A stretch of 64,000 nt of DNA. Source: an uncultured delta proteobacterium. Lineage in GTDB: Bacteria; Myxococcota_A; Polyangia; Polyangiales; JAFGIB01. A program made the translations under genes and the position numbers. The stretch's first letter is position 1. The number at the start of each line of letters is the position of its first letter. Under the pieces are notes generated by a model that was not told the DNA's origin, did not search any database, and worked only from the letters and a program-made list of their open reading frames with translations. Positions 27,301 through 37,244 of the stretch are shown piece after piece. Location of the stretch: the NCBI GenBank assembly GCA_963778655.1, contig CAVZVA010000010.1, positions 416,001 through 480,000 on the forward strand. Reading direction: 5' to 3'.

Positions 27301-30300
27301 TCAGAACTGCGAGATCAGCTTGGCGTAGACGATGCGCCCACGCGGGTCGTGCAGCGACGGATCGAACCCGGACAGGGCGATCTGCCCCGGCTCCGCATAG
27401 GGCGGGTCGCTATCGAGAAGGTTGTACACGCCGAGCCGCATCGTGAGCTCCTTGCCGATGAAGTCCTTGAGCGTGTAGCTGTATTGCAGGTCGACGGTGG
27501 TGAAGCTTCCGATGACGGGAAGATTCCACAGCACGCCAGGATGGTTCGCGGCGGCCTGATCGTCGACCACGCTACTGATGAAGTGGGTGATCACCGCCGC
27601 GTGATGGCCCTTGAACCCCCAGGTCACCGGGAAGTTGGCCCTCCAACGCGGGATCGCGGGCAGGGCCGCGGTCGAGTTGCGGACGCCTGCCAGATGACAG
27701 GTCGAGGTGGGGCTGGTGCCGTCGCACTTGACGCCGTCCTTGACCGCATCGGCGAGCATCTCGGCGTAAGGAATGTTGTAGCTCAGCGTGTAGGTGCCGA
27801 TGGCACCGAAGCTGATCGTGCCGAAGTCCTCTTTGTCGCCGCCGAACGTCGCGCCCGTGAGGTTGATGGTGGCCCCGAAGTCGATGCCGTCGGTGACAAG
27901 CGAGCCCTTGGTATTGATGGTGTCGGCGTTGACCGCGGTGACCTTGCACGTTGCGCTCGTGCCCGAGGTGATCAGGTGCGGATCAGCGGGACAGGTCATA
28001 TTGCCCGGCGCATCGCGCTCCGTGAAGAAGTTGCTCAGGATCTGGCTGTAGTTCTCCTGCTTGATCCGATCTTTGTAGTTGTAGAACCAGAACTCGCCGA
28101 GCAGCCCGAGCTCGTCGATCGGCGACCACGCCAGCCCGCCGCTGACCGCGGTGGCATACTCGGGCTTGAGATTCTGATTGCCGAAGTAGTGAATTCCGAC
28201 CAGGGACGGCAGCCCTCCGCCCTTGGGGTCGACGATGGCGGCCGGCAGCACGACGCTTCCAGGAAACGAGTTGTAGAGCGAGGGCCCGCGAAACGCGTAG
28301 GTGGCGTGGCCGCGGATCTGCAGCCTGCGCAGCGCGGGCGCGACGTTGTCGCGGCCGGCGATCTCGGAGGGCGTGATCGTGATGCCGACCGACGGGCTGG
28401 GCGCGCTCTTGTTGATGTCGTCGTAGTACTCGATGCGACCCGCCGTCTGCAGCTCGATGCCGTCGTAGAAGGGCCAGCGCAGCTCCAGATAGCCGCTGTA
28501 CACGTTGCGCCTGGCCACCGCGTTGGTGTCGCCCAACAGCAGGCCGAAGTTGGTCTGGGTGGCGTCGTGGTCGTTGATGCTCTGGCGCCACTCGTGCCGC
28601 AGCTCGCCGCCGAAGGCCAGGCCCACGTCGCCGCCGGGCAGCTCGAACAGGTTGCCGGTCATCCCCGCATTGTAGGTCTGCATGGAATGATCGGTCTGGG
28701 TGATCAGCGGGCCGCGAATCGCTGCCTGAACGCTGTCGGAGTTGGGCGTGCCGGTTCCCAGCACCGAGGAATAGAACGGGTTGTAGCAATTCTGAAGGTG
28801 CGCGGGATCACTGCACGCGCTGAGCCCGTTGAGGATCTCCGACTGCAGCGTGTCGTTGATGATGCTGTGGTAGCGATCCTGCGAGTAGGTCGAGTAGACG
28901 TCCCACTCCCAGCTCTCGAAGATGGTATCGGCGGCCGCATCCTCGAGGTCGCCCTTGAGGCCGGCCACGATGCGCAGCGTGTCATCGTCCGCGTTGCTGT
29001 AGGTCGGTCCTGCATCGAGCCCGAAGGGCCGCCCGATGAAATCCGCCTCTACGCCGAAGGGGTTGTCCACGTGGCTGGCGGGCACCGGCGGAAAGCCGGT
29101 TCCGCTGCCGTAGCGAACCGCGGGCGCGATCGGGAAGGTGTTGAAGGTTTGGTCGCCGCGCGAGCGCGAGACCAGCAGCTCGCTGTAGAGCGTGGTGTGG
29201 TTGGTAAGGTCGTAATCGGCGCTGCCGAACGCGTTGACGCGCTCTCCGGCCGGGATCAGCGAGGTGAACGAGCGGGTGTTGAGCACGCACAGGTGGCTGG
29301 CCTGGTCGATCTGCGAGCCCGGCGCCCGGGTGCAATCCGGGTCGGGCATGGACCCGGCTCCGACCACATAGGATCCCGGGAACCCTTGCGACGCCCGTAC
29401 CAGCGTGTCCGACCTCGCGGTCCAATCGCGCTGAGTGTCCAGCAACTCGTTGTTGCGGGTGTATTGCATCGACAACATCACGCGACCTTTGTCGCTGTGC
29501 GCGCCGAGCGCGGCGCTGACCGTGCCGTCGCGCTCGTCGAAGCTGTGGGTGGTGCCCTCGCCGTCGATCTCCACCCGCGCGCCGTCGAAGTTCTTGCGGG
29601 TGATGATGTTGACCACGCCGCCGACGGCGTCGGATCCGTAGATCGACGACGCGCCGCCCTTCAGAATCTCGATCCGCTCCACCGCAGCGAGCGGGATCGT
29701 GCCGAGGTCTCCGTATTGGGCCGCGATCCCGCCGCCGCTGGGGGCGACGCGCCGGCCGTTGATCAGGACCAGGGTGTTGCTGACGCCCAGGCCGCGCAGG
29801 TTGATGGCGACGGTGCCCGGAGACGAGCCGAGCGCATAGCCGCCCGGAAAGCCCGAGCTCTGCGCGACCGTGAGGTATTGGACGACGTCGGCCAGGTTGG
29901 TCGCGCCGCTGTACTCGAGCTGTTTGCGGTCGATGATCTGCACGGGCGCGGACGCCACGAAGGCGGCCGAGCGCTTGATGCGCGAGCCGGTGACGACGAT
30001 CTCTCCGCCTTCACCCTGCGCAGCGGGTGCGGGCGCCTCCGCAGGTGGGGCCTCGGCTTCCGGCGCGGCTTCGGCGGGCGGCGCGGCCTCGGCGGCCTCG
30101 CCCGGTGTCGGCGCGCTGGGCTCGGCTTGCTCGGGCGCGGATGGAGCCGCGGGCTCTTCGGTCGGCGGAGCGGCAGGCGCGGCCTCGTCCGGCGCGGGCT
30201 CAGCGGGCGCGGCCTCCTCGGGCGCTGGCGGCGCAGCGGCAGGTGGCTGCTGAGCGACTGCAAGCGAGCTCGAGCCGAGCACCAGCAACATCGCTACGAA

Positions 30301-30318
30301 ATCGATTCGCTGCTTCAC
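27301..30318 (-). CDS. TonB-dependent receptor
   Basis: Signal peptide; TonB box EIVVTGSRIKR; plug INLRGLG..NTLVLINGRR, IEILKGGASSIYGSDAVGGVVNIITRK; terminal Phe. Confidence 0.95.
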   Translation of the reverse strand: MKQRIDFVAMLLVLGSSSLAVAQQPPAAAPPAPEEAAPAEPAPDEAAPAAPPTEEPAAPSAPEQAEPSAPTPGEAAEAAPPAEAAPEAEAPPAEAPAPAAQGEGGEIVVTGSRIKRSAAFVASAPVQIIDRKQLEYSGATNLADVVQYLTVAQSSGFPGGYALGSSPGTVAINLRGLGVSNTLVLINGRRVAPSGGGIAAQYGDLGTIPLAAVERIEILKGGASSIYGSDAVGGVVNIITRKNFDGARVEIDGEGTTHSFDERDGTVSAALGAHSDKGRVMLSMQYTRNNELLDTQRDWTARSDTLVRASQGFPGSYVVGAGSMPDPDCTRAPGSQIDQASHLCVLNTRSFTSLIPAGERVNAFGSADYDLTNHTTLYSELLVSRSRGDQTFNTFPIAPAVRYGSGTGFPPVPASHVDNPFGVEADFIGRPFGLDAGPTYSNADDDTLRIVAGLKGDLEDAAADTIFESWEWDVYSTYSQDRYHSIINDTLQSEILNGLSACSDPAHLQNCYNPFYSSVLGTGTPNSDSVQAAIRGPLITQTDHSMQTYNAGMTGNLFELPGGDVGLAFGGELRHEWRQSINDHDATQTNFGLLLGDTNAVARRNVYSGYLELRWPFYDGIELQTAGRIEYYDDINKSAPSPSVGITITPSEIAGRDNVAPALRRLQIRGHATYAFRGPSLYNSFPGSVVLPAAIVDPKGGGLPSLVGIHYFGNQNLKPEYATAVSGGLAWSPIDELGLLGEFWFYNYKDRIKQENYSQILSNFFTERDAPGNMTCPADPHLITSGTSATCKVTAVNADTINTKGSLVTDGIDFGATINLTGATFGGDKEDFGTISFGAIGTYTLSYNIPYAEMLADAVKDGVKCDGTSPTSTCHLAGVRNSTAALPAIPRWRANFPVTWGFKGHHAAVITHFISSVVDDQAAANHPGVLWNLPVIGSFTTVDLQYSYTLKDFIGKELTMRLGVYNLLDSDPPYAEPGQIALSGFDPSLHDPRGRIVYAKLISQF

Positions 30319-30725
30319 GCTTCGTCTCCACCACTCGATGTGTTGTCTGCAATCGGCCGCGGCGCCGACCCTGTCCCCGGCTTCTCTTGCAGGCTGCTGC
30401 CCACGCAGCGGCGACAGCGCAGCGGAGCCTAGTCGAGCCCGATGCGTACAATCAAGCGCATCTCAAGCGAGCGATGGATAACGGCGCTTACCTGCGCTTT
30501 CCGGAAGCCGGGCTCGAGCAAGGCGCCCGCGCGAGTGTGTTTGAATACTGCTCAAGCGTTGCGATGGGCGAACCCGGCGTCACACCTCCCCGCCTGGTGC
30601 CATGAGGCGTCGCCGTGTGCAGCGCCGCAAACAGGGACACCTGCGACTAGTCCTCGCTACGCGCGCGCTGCGCGCCGCTTAGGCCGGATAGACTCCCGTC
30701 CAGACCTAGCTCTTCGAAGCATTCA

Positions 30726-30803
30726 ACAGGAAGACGGGAAGGCGAGAAGAACAAACCCTCGGAACTTCCCGGCTTCCCGCCTTCCTGTGGATCTCTTGGT
30801 CCC
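30726..30803. repeat. REP-like palindrome (GGAAGACGGGAAG family)
   Basis: ACAGGAAGACGGGAAGGCGAGAAG ... CTTCCCGGCTTCCCGCCTTCCTGT stem followed by TCTTGGTCCC. Confidence 0.65.
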
Positions 30804-30835
30804 GGGGCGGCCACATTCCGGAACGAGAACTCGGC

Positions 30836-31318
30836 CTAGGGTGCAAGCACGCTGCCTGCGTCTTGTTGCGCCCCGGCGTCCTCGGAGCCCTTGGCGGATG
30901 GCGCGCTCATCACCGACGGCGGCAGCGCCGGTATGCTGCAAAAGCGTTGCGCCGGGTTGCCGAGCACCAAGGCATCACCCGCGTCGGGCTCGCCGAAATC
31001 GGTCTCGCTGGTGCAGCGGTAGCCCTCGCTCGTGCGGCAGTCACTGTTGCTCGAGCACTTGAGCATGCAATAGGTCACCGCCAGGCGCTCGAGCTGGGGG
31101 CGAAACTTCACGCACACCGCTTCGCTCGGGCAGGTGCCTTCCTCGCAGCCCTGGATGGTGCAGTAGCCGCCGGGTTGGGTGCGGTCGCACGGGCGACTGC
31201 CCTGGGCGGAGCAGTCGAGGGCGTTGCTGCACTTGTCGCCAATCGCGGGTGCGCAGCCGGCGCCCACGAGTAGCAGGCAAGCGAAGGCGAGCGGGGGTCC
31301 GAGCCAAGGGCGCGACAT
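30836..31318 (-). CDS. Cys-rich lipoprotein, myxobacterial type
   Basis: Lipobox GAGC; IGDKC..DC...PGGYCT..GC...CP...C...C...C..DCR..GYRC. Confidence 0.75.
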   Translation of the reverse strand: MSRPWLGPPLAFACLLLVGAGCAPAIGDKCSNALDCSAQGSRPCDRTQPGGYCTIQGCEEGTCPSEAVCVKFRPQLERLAVTYCMLKCSSNSDCRTSEGYRCTSETDFGEPDAGDALVLGNPAQRFCSIPALPPSVMSAPSAKGSEDAGAQQDAGSVLAP

Positions 31319-31606
31319 GGGCGCCGGAGCATAGACGCTCGGCCCGGGGTGGGCCAGGGAAAGGGGCGGGCGCCGGCGGGGCGGGCTGCCCCGCCGGCCG
31401 GGACGGCCGGGCGTCGGGGCCGGTCCGCGGCTCGCGGTTTCCCCCAGTGATTACAGCGCTGATGAAAGTAGTACACGGCGGCGGCAAGAGGCGGCTATAC
31501 TGGAACCAGCCGCTCAGCTCACGGTACATCGGAGCTCGAAGGCAACCGCACCCAGGTGATCTCCCCGCCTACCAGCACGACCTCCGGGAGCACGCGACCA
31601 GGACGA

Positions 31607-32377
31607 ATGCGCATCACAGCAGCAGGGCTGACCGATGTGGGACTGCAGCGCGACCATAACGAGGACACGTTCGGGTGCCTCGCGGATCACCGGCTGTACC
31701 TGGTCGCGGACGGTATGGGCGGCCACCAGAGCGGTGAGGTCGCCAGCTCGATGGCCGCCGAGCGCATGCGCGCGTTCTTCGAGGCCACCGAGAAGGAAGA
31801 CGCCACCTGGCCCTTCCCCATCGATCCCAATCTGACGCTGGCCGAGAACCGCCTCTCGGCCGCGATCAAAATGGCCAACAAGCAGATCTTCGAGCGCTCG
31901 GTGACCGAGCACTCCCTGCAGGGCATGGGTACGACCGTCGTGGGTCTGTTGCTTTGCCCGGAGCGGCGGGTCGCGTACATCGCGCACGTCGGCGACAGCC
32001 GCGCCTACCGCATCCGCGACGGGCAGATCACCCAGATCACTCGCGACCACTCGCTGATCAACGACTACCTGATGATGATGCCCGACATGCCCAAAGAAGC
32101 GATGGAGGTGCTGCCGAAGAACGTGATCACGCGCGCGCTCGGCATGCAGGACTCGGTGGTGGTGGACCTGGCGACCGAGGACGTGCAGGAGGGCGATCGC
32201 TTCCTGCTGTGCTCCGACGGCTTGAGCGGCCAGGTCAGCGACGAGCGCATCTGCGAGATCGTGAGCCAGCACGCAGCCGACTTGGAGGAGGCCGCGCGCA
32301 TTCTGGTGCAGGAGTCCAACGACGCCGGCGGCGAGGACAACGTCACCGTGGTTCTGATCGGGGTGGACCCCGACTGA
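31607..32377 (+). CDS. PP2C/Stp1 family Ser/Thr phosphatase
   Basis: RDHNED, VADGMGGH, MGTT, HVGDSRAY, TRDHS, LCSDGL, GGEDNVT. Confidence 0.95.
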   Translation: MRITAAGLTDVGLQRDHNEDTFGCLADHRLYLVADGMGGHQSGEVASSMAAERMRAFFEATEKEDATWPFPIDPNLTLAENRLSAAIKMANKQIFERSVTEHSLQGMGTTVVGLLLCPERRVAYIAHVGDSRAYRIRDGQITQITRDHSLINDYLMMMPDMPKEAMEVLPKNVITRALGMQDSVVVDLATEDVQEGDRFLLCSDGLSGQVSDERICEIVSQHAADLEEAARILVQESNDAGGEDNVTVVLIGVDPD

Positions 32378-32460
32378 GCGGCTGCGCGCCGCGCCCGCGG
32401 CCCCCGCGCCCAACCGCGCTGATGGCGCGGCTTCGGTTATGCGCTAGAGTCCCCGGCGCC

Positions 32461-32967
32461 GTGCGCTACACCATCACCCATACCTTCAACACCGACGTCG
32501 ACACGTTCTGGGACAAGTTGTTCTTCGACCCAGAGTACAACCAGGCGCTGTTCCAGGAGCACCTCCGCTTCAATCTCTACCGCGTGCTGGAGCTCGACCG
32601 CCGTGCAGACGGCTCGATCCACCGCCGCGTCGAGTGTGCGCCCCCGATCGAGCTGCCGGCGGTCGCCAAGAAGGTGGTGGGCGACAGCACCAGCTATGTC
32701 GAGGACGGCGTGTTCGACCCCAAGAGCCGCCGCTTCACGATCGAGGTGACGCCCAAAGTCGGCGCCGACAAGATCCAAACCCACCTGGTGCTGTGGGCGG
32801 AGCCGCGCGGCGACAAGAGGCTCGAGCGTATCGTGGAAGTGGACAACAGCGTCAAGGTGTTCGGCGTCGGCAAGGTGCTCGAGCTGTTCATCGAGAAGCA
32901 ATCGCGCGCGACCTATGACTCGGCGGCCGAGTTCACCAATCGCTGGATCGCGGACAAGGGCTTGTAA
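32461..32967 (+). CDS. DUF2505-like (START-fold) protein
   Basis: GTG start; FWDKLFFDPEYN; VKVFGVGKVLELFI C-terminal helix. Confidence 0.65.
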   Translation: MRYTITHTFNTDVDTFWDKLFFDPEYNQALFQEHLRFNLYRVLELDRRADGSIHRRVECAPPIELPAVAKKVVGDSTSYVEDGVFDPKSRRFTIEVTPKVGADKIQTHLVLWAEPRGDKRLERIVEVDNSVKVFGVGKVLELFIEKQSRATYDSAAEFTNRWIADKGL

Positions 32968-32989
32968 CCGAAGACGAGCGGGGCACGAC

Positions 32990-33946
32990 GTGCGTTTCGT
33001 GGTGATCATGGATCCTCCCTCGACCGTGAAGGTCGACGAGGACACCTCGTTCGCGCTCATGTTGGAGGCGCAGGCGCGCGGTCACCGCGTGGACCATTGC
33101 CTGCAGCGCGACCTCTACCTGGACGGCGGCAAGCTGTTCGCGACGGTGCGTCGGGCCACCCTGCAGCGCGTGGCCGCGCAGCCGATCACGCTGGACGCGG
33201 CCGAGGAGCTGTGCCTGCACGACGCAGACGCGATCTTCGTACGCACCGACCCGCCCTTCGACAGCGACTACCTGTGGTGCACGTTGATGCTCGACCGGGT
33301 GAAGGCCGACACCCTGGTGGTCAACGATCCGCACGGCCTGCGCCAGGCCAACGAGAAGCTCTACGCCTGCTACTTCCCGGAGCTGATGCCACGCACGCTG
33401 GTCAGCAGCGACAAGGCCAAGATCAAGCAGTTCGTCGCGGCGGTCGGCGGCAAGGCGGTGATCAAGCCGCTCGGCGGCGCCGGTGGCGAAGGCGTGCTCG
33501 CGCTCAGCTTGGGCGACCTCAACCTCAACACGCTGATCGAGCTGAGCACCCTCAACGGCAGGCGCGTGGCCATGGCCCAGGAGTTCCTGCCGGCTGTGCG
33601 TGAGGGCGACAAGCGCATCCTGCTGCTGCGCGGCGAGCCGCTCGGCGCGATCCTGCGGGTGCCGCAGAAGGACGACGTGCGCAGCAACATCCACGTAGGC
33701 GGCTCGGTGGTCGGGGCCAGCGTCACCGCCGAAGAACGCGTGATCATCGACACCCTCCGGCCACGCCTACTGCAGGACGGCTTGCACTTCGTCGGCCTGG
33801 ACGTGATCGGCGGCAAGCTGACCGAGATCAACGTGACCAGCCCGACCGGAATCCAGCAAATGTCACACCTGGACGGCGTCAACCACTGCGAGCCGGTGCT
33901 GCGCTGGGTCGAGCAGCAGGTCGAAGAGCGAGAACAGGCTCGCTGA
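32990..33946 (+). CDS. gshB: glutathione synthetase
   Basis: IMDP...DTSFALMLEAQARGH, RTDPPFD, NEKL, KPLGGAGG, GDKRI, RSNIHVGG, EINVTSPTG. Confidence 0.96.
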   Translation: MRFVVIMDPPSTVKVDEDTSFALMLEAQARGHRVDHCLQRDLYLDGGKLFATVRRATLQRVAAQPITLDAAEELCLHDADAIFVRTDPPFDSDYLWCTLMLDRVKADTLVVNDPHGLRQANEKLYACYFPELMPRTLVSSDKAKIKQFVAAVGGKAVIKPLGGAGGEGVLALSLGDLNLNTLIELSTLNGRRVAMAQEFLPAVREGDKRILLLRGEPLGAILRVPQKDDVRSNIHVGGSVVGASVTAEERVIIDTLRPRLLQDGLHFVGLDVIGGKLTEINVTSPTGIQQMSHLDGVNHCEPVLRWVEQQVEEREQAR

Positions 33947-33954
33947 GCGCTCTA

Positions 33955-35250
33955 CTACTGCGCCGGCGGCGGCGCGCTGCTGGCGGGGAGGCGCAGCTCG
34001 GAGAGCACCCCGCGCGCCGCGTCGAGCGAGACGTCGCCGGCGGCGTGGATGCGCGCCGCCACGCGCTCGACCTCGGGGCCGATCGCGCCGGCCGCGGTCG
34101 CGACCGAGCGCGCGTGCAGCGCCATGTGCCCGCGCTGGATGCCCTCGGTGGCGAGCGCGCGCAGCGCCGCGAGATTGCTGGCCATGCCGATGCTGGCCGC
34201 GACCATCGCGAGCTCGGTGGCCGAGCCCACGCTGACGATGCGTAGACCCATGCGCGCGCCGTCGTGCACGCGCGACGGACCGCCCACCGTGCCGAGCGAG
34301 AGCGGCAGCTCGAGCTCACCGGCGAGGTCTTCGCCCTGGCGCTTCCACACACACAGCGGCTCGTAGCGGCCGTTGCGCGCGGCGTACGCATGCGCTCCGG
34401 ACTCGACCGCGCGCCAATCGTTGCCGGTGGCGATCACGACCGCGTCGAGCCCATTCATGAAGCCCTTGTTGTGGGTGGTGGCGCGGTAGGGGTCGCGCTC
34501 CGCGAAGCGCGAGGCGCGCACGATGCCGTCGCGCACCTCGGCCCCGCTGAAGCCGTTGCCGGCGAGCGCGGCTGCCGGCACGCGGCAGCGCACGCGGACC
34601 CGGCGCTGGTCGCACAGGTTCGAGAGGATGCGCAGCCCCAGCGTTCCGCCGCACAGCTCCACAATCCGCTCGGCCAGGCCCTCGGCCACGGTGTTGACCA
34701 GGTTCGCGCCCATCGCATCGCGGCAGTCGACGTAGAGGTGCACCACCAGCATGCCGTCGCCGAGATCGCGCGGCTCGATGCCGCGCATGCCGCCGCCGCG
34801 GCGCACCAGGTTGGGTACTTGGGCGTCACCCAGCGCGCACAGCTCGCCCTGGTGCTTGCGCAGCAGGTCGCAGGCGCGGGCGGCGTCGGGCACGTCGTCG
34901 AGCTGGACCTGGGCGGTCATGACCGGCGCGTCGGCCTCGGCCTCGAAGCCGCCGCCTTCGCGGATCATGCGTGCGGCATTGGAGGCCGCGGCGACGACCG
35001 ACGGCTCCTCGACCACCATCGGCACGATGTAGTCGGTGCCGTTGACCTTGACGTTGAGCGCCAGGGCGAACGGCAGCGAGAAGGTGCCGACCACGTTCTC
35101 GATGATCTTGTCGGCTTGCTCGCTGAGCAGCCCGCCTTCGAGGGCCGCGCCGAGCTCGTCGGGGTGGATGCCAAGGGTGTCTGCGGCGACCTTGCGCCGC
35201 TCTTCAATCGATAGCTTGTAGAATCCGGGCCACCTCGAATTGCGCTGCAT
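33955..35250 (-). CDS. mvaA: HMG-CoA reductase, class II
   Basis: IENVVG, VEEPSVVAA, DAMGAN, THNKG..NG, TGNDWRA, EGIQRGHMALH. Confidence 0.95.
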   Translation of the reverse strand: MQRNSRWPGFYKLSIEERRKVAADTLGIHPDELGAALEGGLLSEQADKIIENVVGTFSLPFALALNVKVNGTDYIVPMVVEEPSVVAAASNAARMIREGGGFEAEADAPVMTAQVQLDDVPDAARACDLLRKHQGELCALGDAQVPNLVRRGGGMRGIEPRDLGDGMLVVHLYVDCRDAMGANLVNTVAEGLAERIVELCGGTLGLRILSNLCDQRRVRVRCRVPAAALAGNGFSGAEVRDGIVRASRFAERDPYRATTHNKGFMNGLDAVVIATGNDWRAVESGAHAYAARNGRYEPLCVWKRQGEDLAGELELPLSLGTVGGPSRVHDGARMGLRIVSVGSATELAMVAASIGMASNLAALRALATEGIQRGHMALHARSVATAAGAIGPEVERVAARIHAAGDVSLDAARGVLSELRLPASSAPPPAQ

Positions 35251-36203
35251 TACGCCGACTCCTCATCGCGTTCCCCTGTGACCCCAAGCTCCAACGATAG
35301 TACTTCGAAACCAGCAGCCGCACACCCCACCCGGAAGCTATCGGCTGCATTAGCATTGGAAAACGCGGCAATCACGATGTCTCCGCCGCCCGCGCCGGAG
35401 GGCTTGGCAGCCCCGCCGTGCGCGCGCGCGAGCGCCCGCAGGCGAGCGGTTGTGTCATCTACGATACTGATCCCGGCGGCCTCACCCAGCTCAGCCATGG
35501 CGCTTCCGCACTCGTGGACGCTGTCCAGGGCCGCTTCGATTTCGCCAGCAATCAAGGCCGATACGAGCTGCTCCGACTGTTCGGCCAGCGCCCGCATGCG
35601 CGCGCGATAGCCGGCCGGGTCGCCCGCTTCGAGCGCCCGGACCCGCTGCAACATGTCGCTGGTACGGACCTCCTTGCGCGTCCAGACCGGGACCAGCAGC
35701 AGGCCCTCGGGCCAGCGCAGCGCGTGGGTCTCCACGCCCACGGCGCCGAGCCTGCGGAAGCGCACGAACCCACCCAGCACCGCAGCCGCCACATCGGCGC
35801 CGCTGCCATCGGGCGCAACCGCCCGGTGCCCTTCGAGCGCCACTTGCAGCAGCCGCTCGCGTACCTCGGGCGCATTCGTGTCGAGCCCGCGCGCCGCGAA
35901 CACCACCCCGGCCGCCGCCGCGGACGCCGCCGCGGACGAGCCCAGCCCGAGCTTCTTGTCGCCTTGCCGCAACTCGCGCACGTCGAGCGAGAGCGCGAGC
36001 CCCGCGGATAGCGCGCCCGCGCTGCGCTCGGCCGCCGCGCGCGCGGCCAGCGCCTCCTTCGGCAGCTCGCCCTGCGCACCCGGCTCGAGGCGCGCGTACG
36101 CGCGGCGTCCTACCGCCGCGACCACCGCCTCGGCGCCGTCGAGCACCGCGTACTCGCCCGCGATCATCATCTTGCCCGGGGCGCTGGCGGCAACGCGGCG
36201 CAT
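35250..36203 (-). CDS. phosphomevalonate kinase (GHMP family)
   Basis: SAPGKMMIAGEYAVL, KLGLGSSAA, GSGADVAA, AKPSGAGGGD; operon context. Confidence 0.85.
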   Translation of the reverse strand: MRRVAASAPGKMMIAGEYAVLDGAEAVVAAVGRRAYARLEPGAQGELPKEALAARAAAERSAGALSAGLALSLDVRELRQGDKKLGLGSSAAASAAAAGVVFAARGLDTNAPEVRERLLQVALEGHRAVAPDGSGADVAAAVLGGFVRFRRLGAVGVETHALRWPEGLLLVPVWTRKEVRTSDMLQRVRALEAGDPAGYRARMRALAEQSEQLVSALIAGEIEAALDSVHECGSAMAELGEAAGISIVDDTTARLRALARAHGGAAKPSGAGGGDIVIAAFSNANAADSFRVGCAAAGFEVLSLELGVTGERDEESA

Positions 36204-36205
36204 GC

Positions 36206-37201
36206 TCAGCTCGCGATCTCGACGCCCGCACCCGGCTCGCACACCAGCGTGCGCAGCACCCCCTCGGTCTGCTCGAGCGCGCGCTGCACGCGCTCGGCGT
36301 CGCCGGCGTGGCACAGCGCCTTGACGTGGGGACCGGCGTCAGCGGTCGCCCAGACCGCCACCTGCTGCTGGTCGCGTAGCGCGCGCACGCGCTCGAGCAC
36401 CGCCAGCGTGGCCGGGCGAAAGTAGACGATCGCCGGCGCCGCCGCCATCGCGCAGGCATGCATCGCCAGCGTGCTCTGTTCCATGGCGGCGCCCAGGCGC
36501 GGCAGATCGCGCGCCAGGATCGCCTCGCGCACCTCGGCCGCGAGCCGCGGCGAGACCTCGACCCAGGCGGCGTAGTACGGCGAGGTGCGCGCGGTATGCA
36601 GCATGCCGGTGGTCGAGCCGACCTGCTTGCGGCCCTCGCTGGTCACCGCCACCACCACGCGCAGCGGCCAGTGCTCGGGCGGGGCGATCTGCTGGGCTGC
36701 AAGCTCCACCTGCCCGCGCGAGGCCAGCGGCAGCTCCACGTAGCCGCCGAACGCGGAGCGCGCTGCCGACACCGAGGCTGCGCGCGCCAGCGCGCTGATC
36801 GCCGCGCGGTCGAACGGCAGCCCGGCTGCGGCGCGCGCCGCAGCCGCCAGCGCGGCAAAACCAGAAGCGCTCGAGGCCAGGCCGGAAGCGGTCGGGAAGT
36901 CATTGCTGCTTTCGACCTGTGCGTGCAGCGTCAACCCGGCCTTGCGTCGCACCGCATCGAGCAGCTTGCACACGCGCGCGGTCTCCTTGGGATCGGCGGG
37001 CTTGCCGTCGAGCTCGAAGCTGTCGGCGTGCAAGCCCGTCGAAAAGCGCACGCGGGTGCGCGTGGTCAGCGGATCGAGCGTGATCGACACGCTCGGCACC
37101 GCCGGCAGGTTGAGCTTCTCGTCCGCCTTGCCCCAGTACTTGGCCAGCGCGATGTTGGCGCGGGCGAGCGCGCGCGCCTCGAGCTGTGCTCCATCGCTCA
37201 T
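36206..37201 (-). CDS. mvaD: diphosphomevalonate decarboxylase
   Basis: NIALAKYWGK, NDFPTASGLASSASG, SAARS, TADAGPHVK. Confidence 0.95.
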   Translation of the reverse strand: MSDGAQLEARALARANIALAKYWGKADEKLNLPAVPSVSITLDPLTTRTRVRFSTGLHADSFELDGKPADPKETARVCKLLDAVRRKAGLTLHAQVESSNDFPTASGLASSASGFAALAAAARAAAGLPFDRAAISALARAASVSAARSAFGGYVELPLASRGQVELAAQQIAPPEHWPLRVVVAVTSEGRKQVGSTTGMLHTARTSPYYAAWVEVSPRLAAEVREAILARDLPRLGAAMEQSTLAMHACAMAAAPAIVYFRPATLAVLERVRALRDQQQVAVWATADAGPHVKALCHAGDAERVQRALEQTEGVLRTLVCEPGAGVEIAS

Positions 37202-37244
37202 CGCGCCTGATCCTGTCCGGGCAAAGCCCGCGTACGGCTCCGCT

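Noticed and set aside
27274..30432. 1052-aa plus-strand ORF and other long antisense/alternate-frame ORFs (e.g. 3287-5539, 22005-24011)
   Set aside because: Shadows of real genes caused by high GC3; Arg/Ala/Gly-rich with no motifs.
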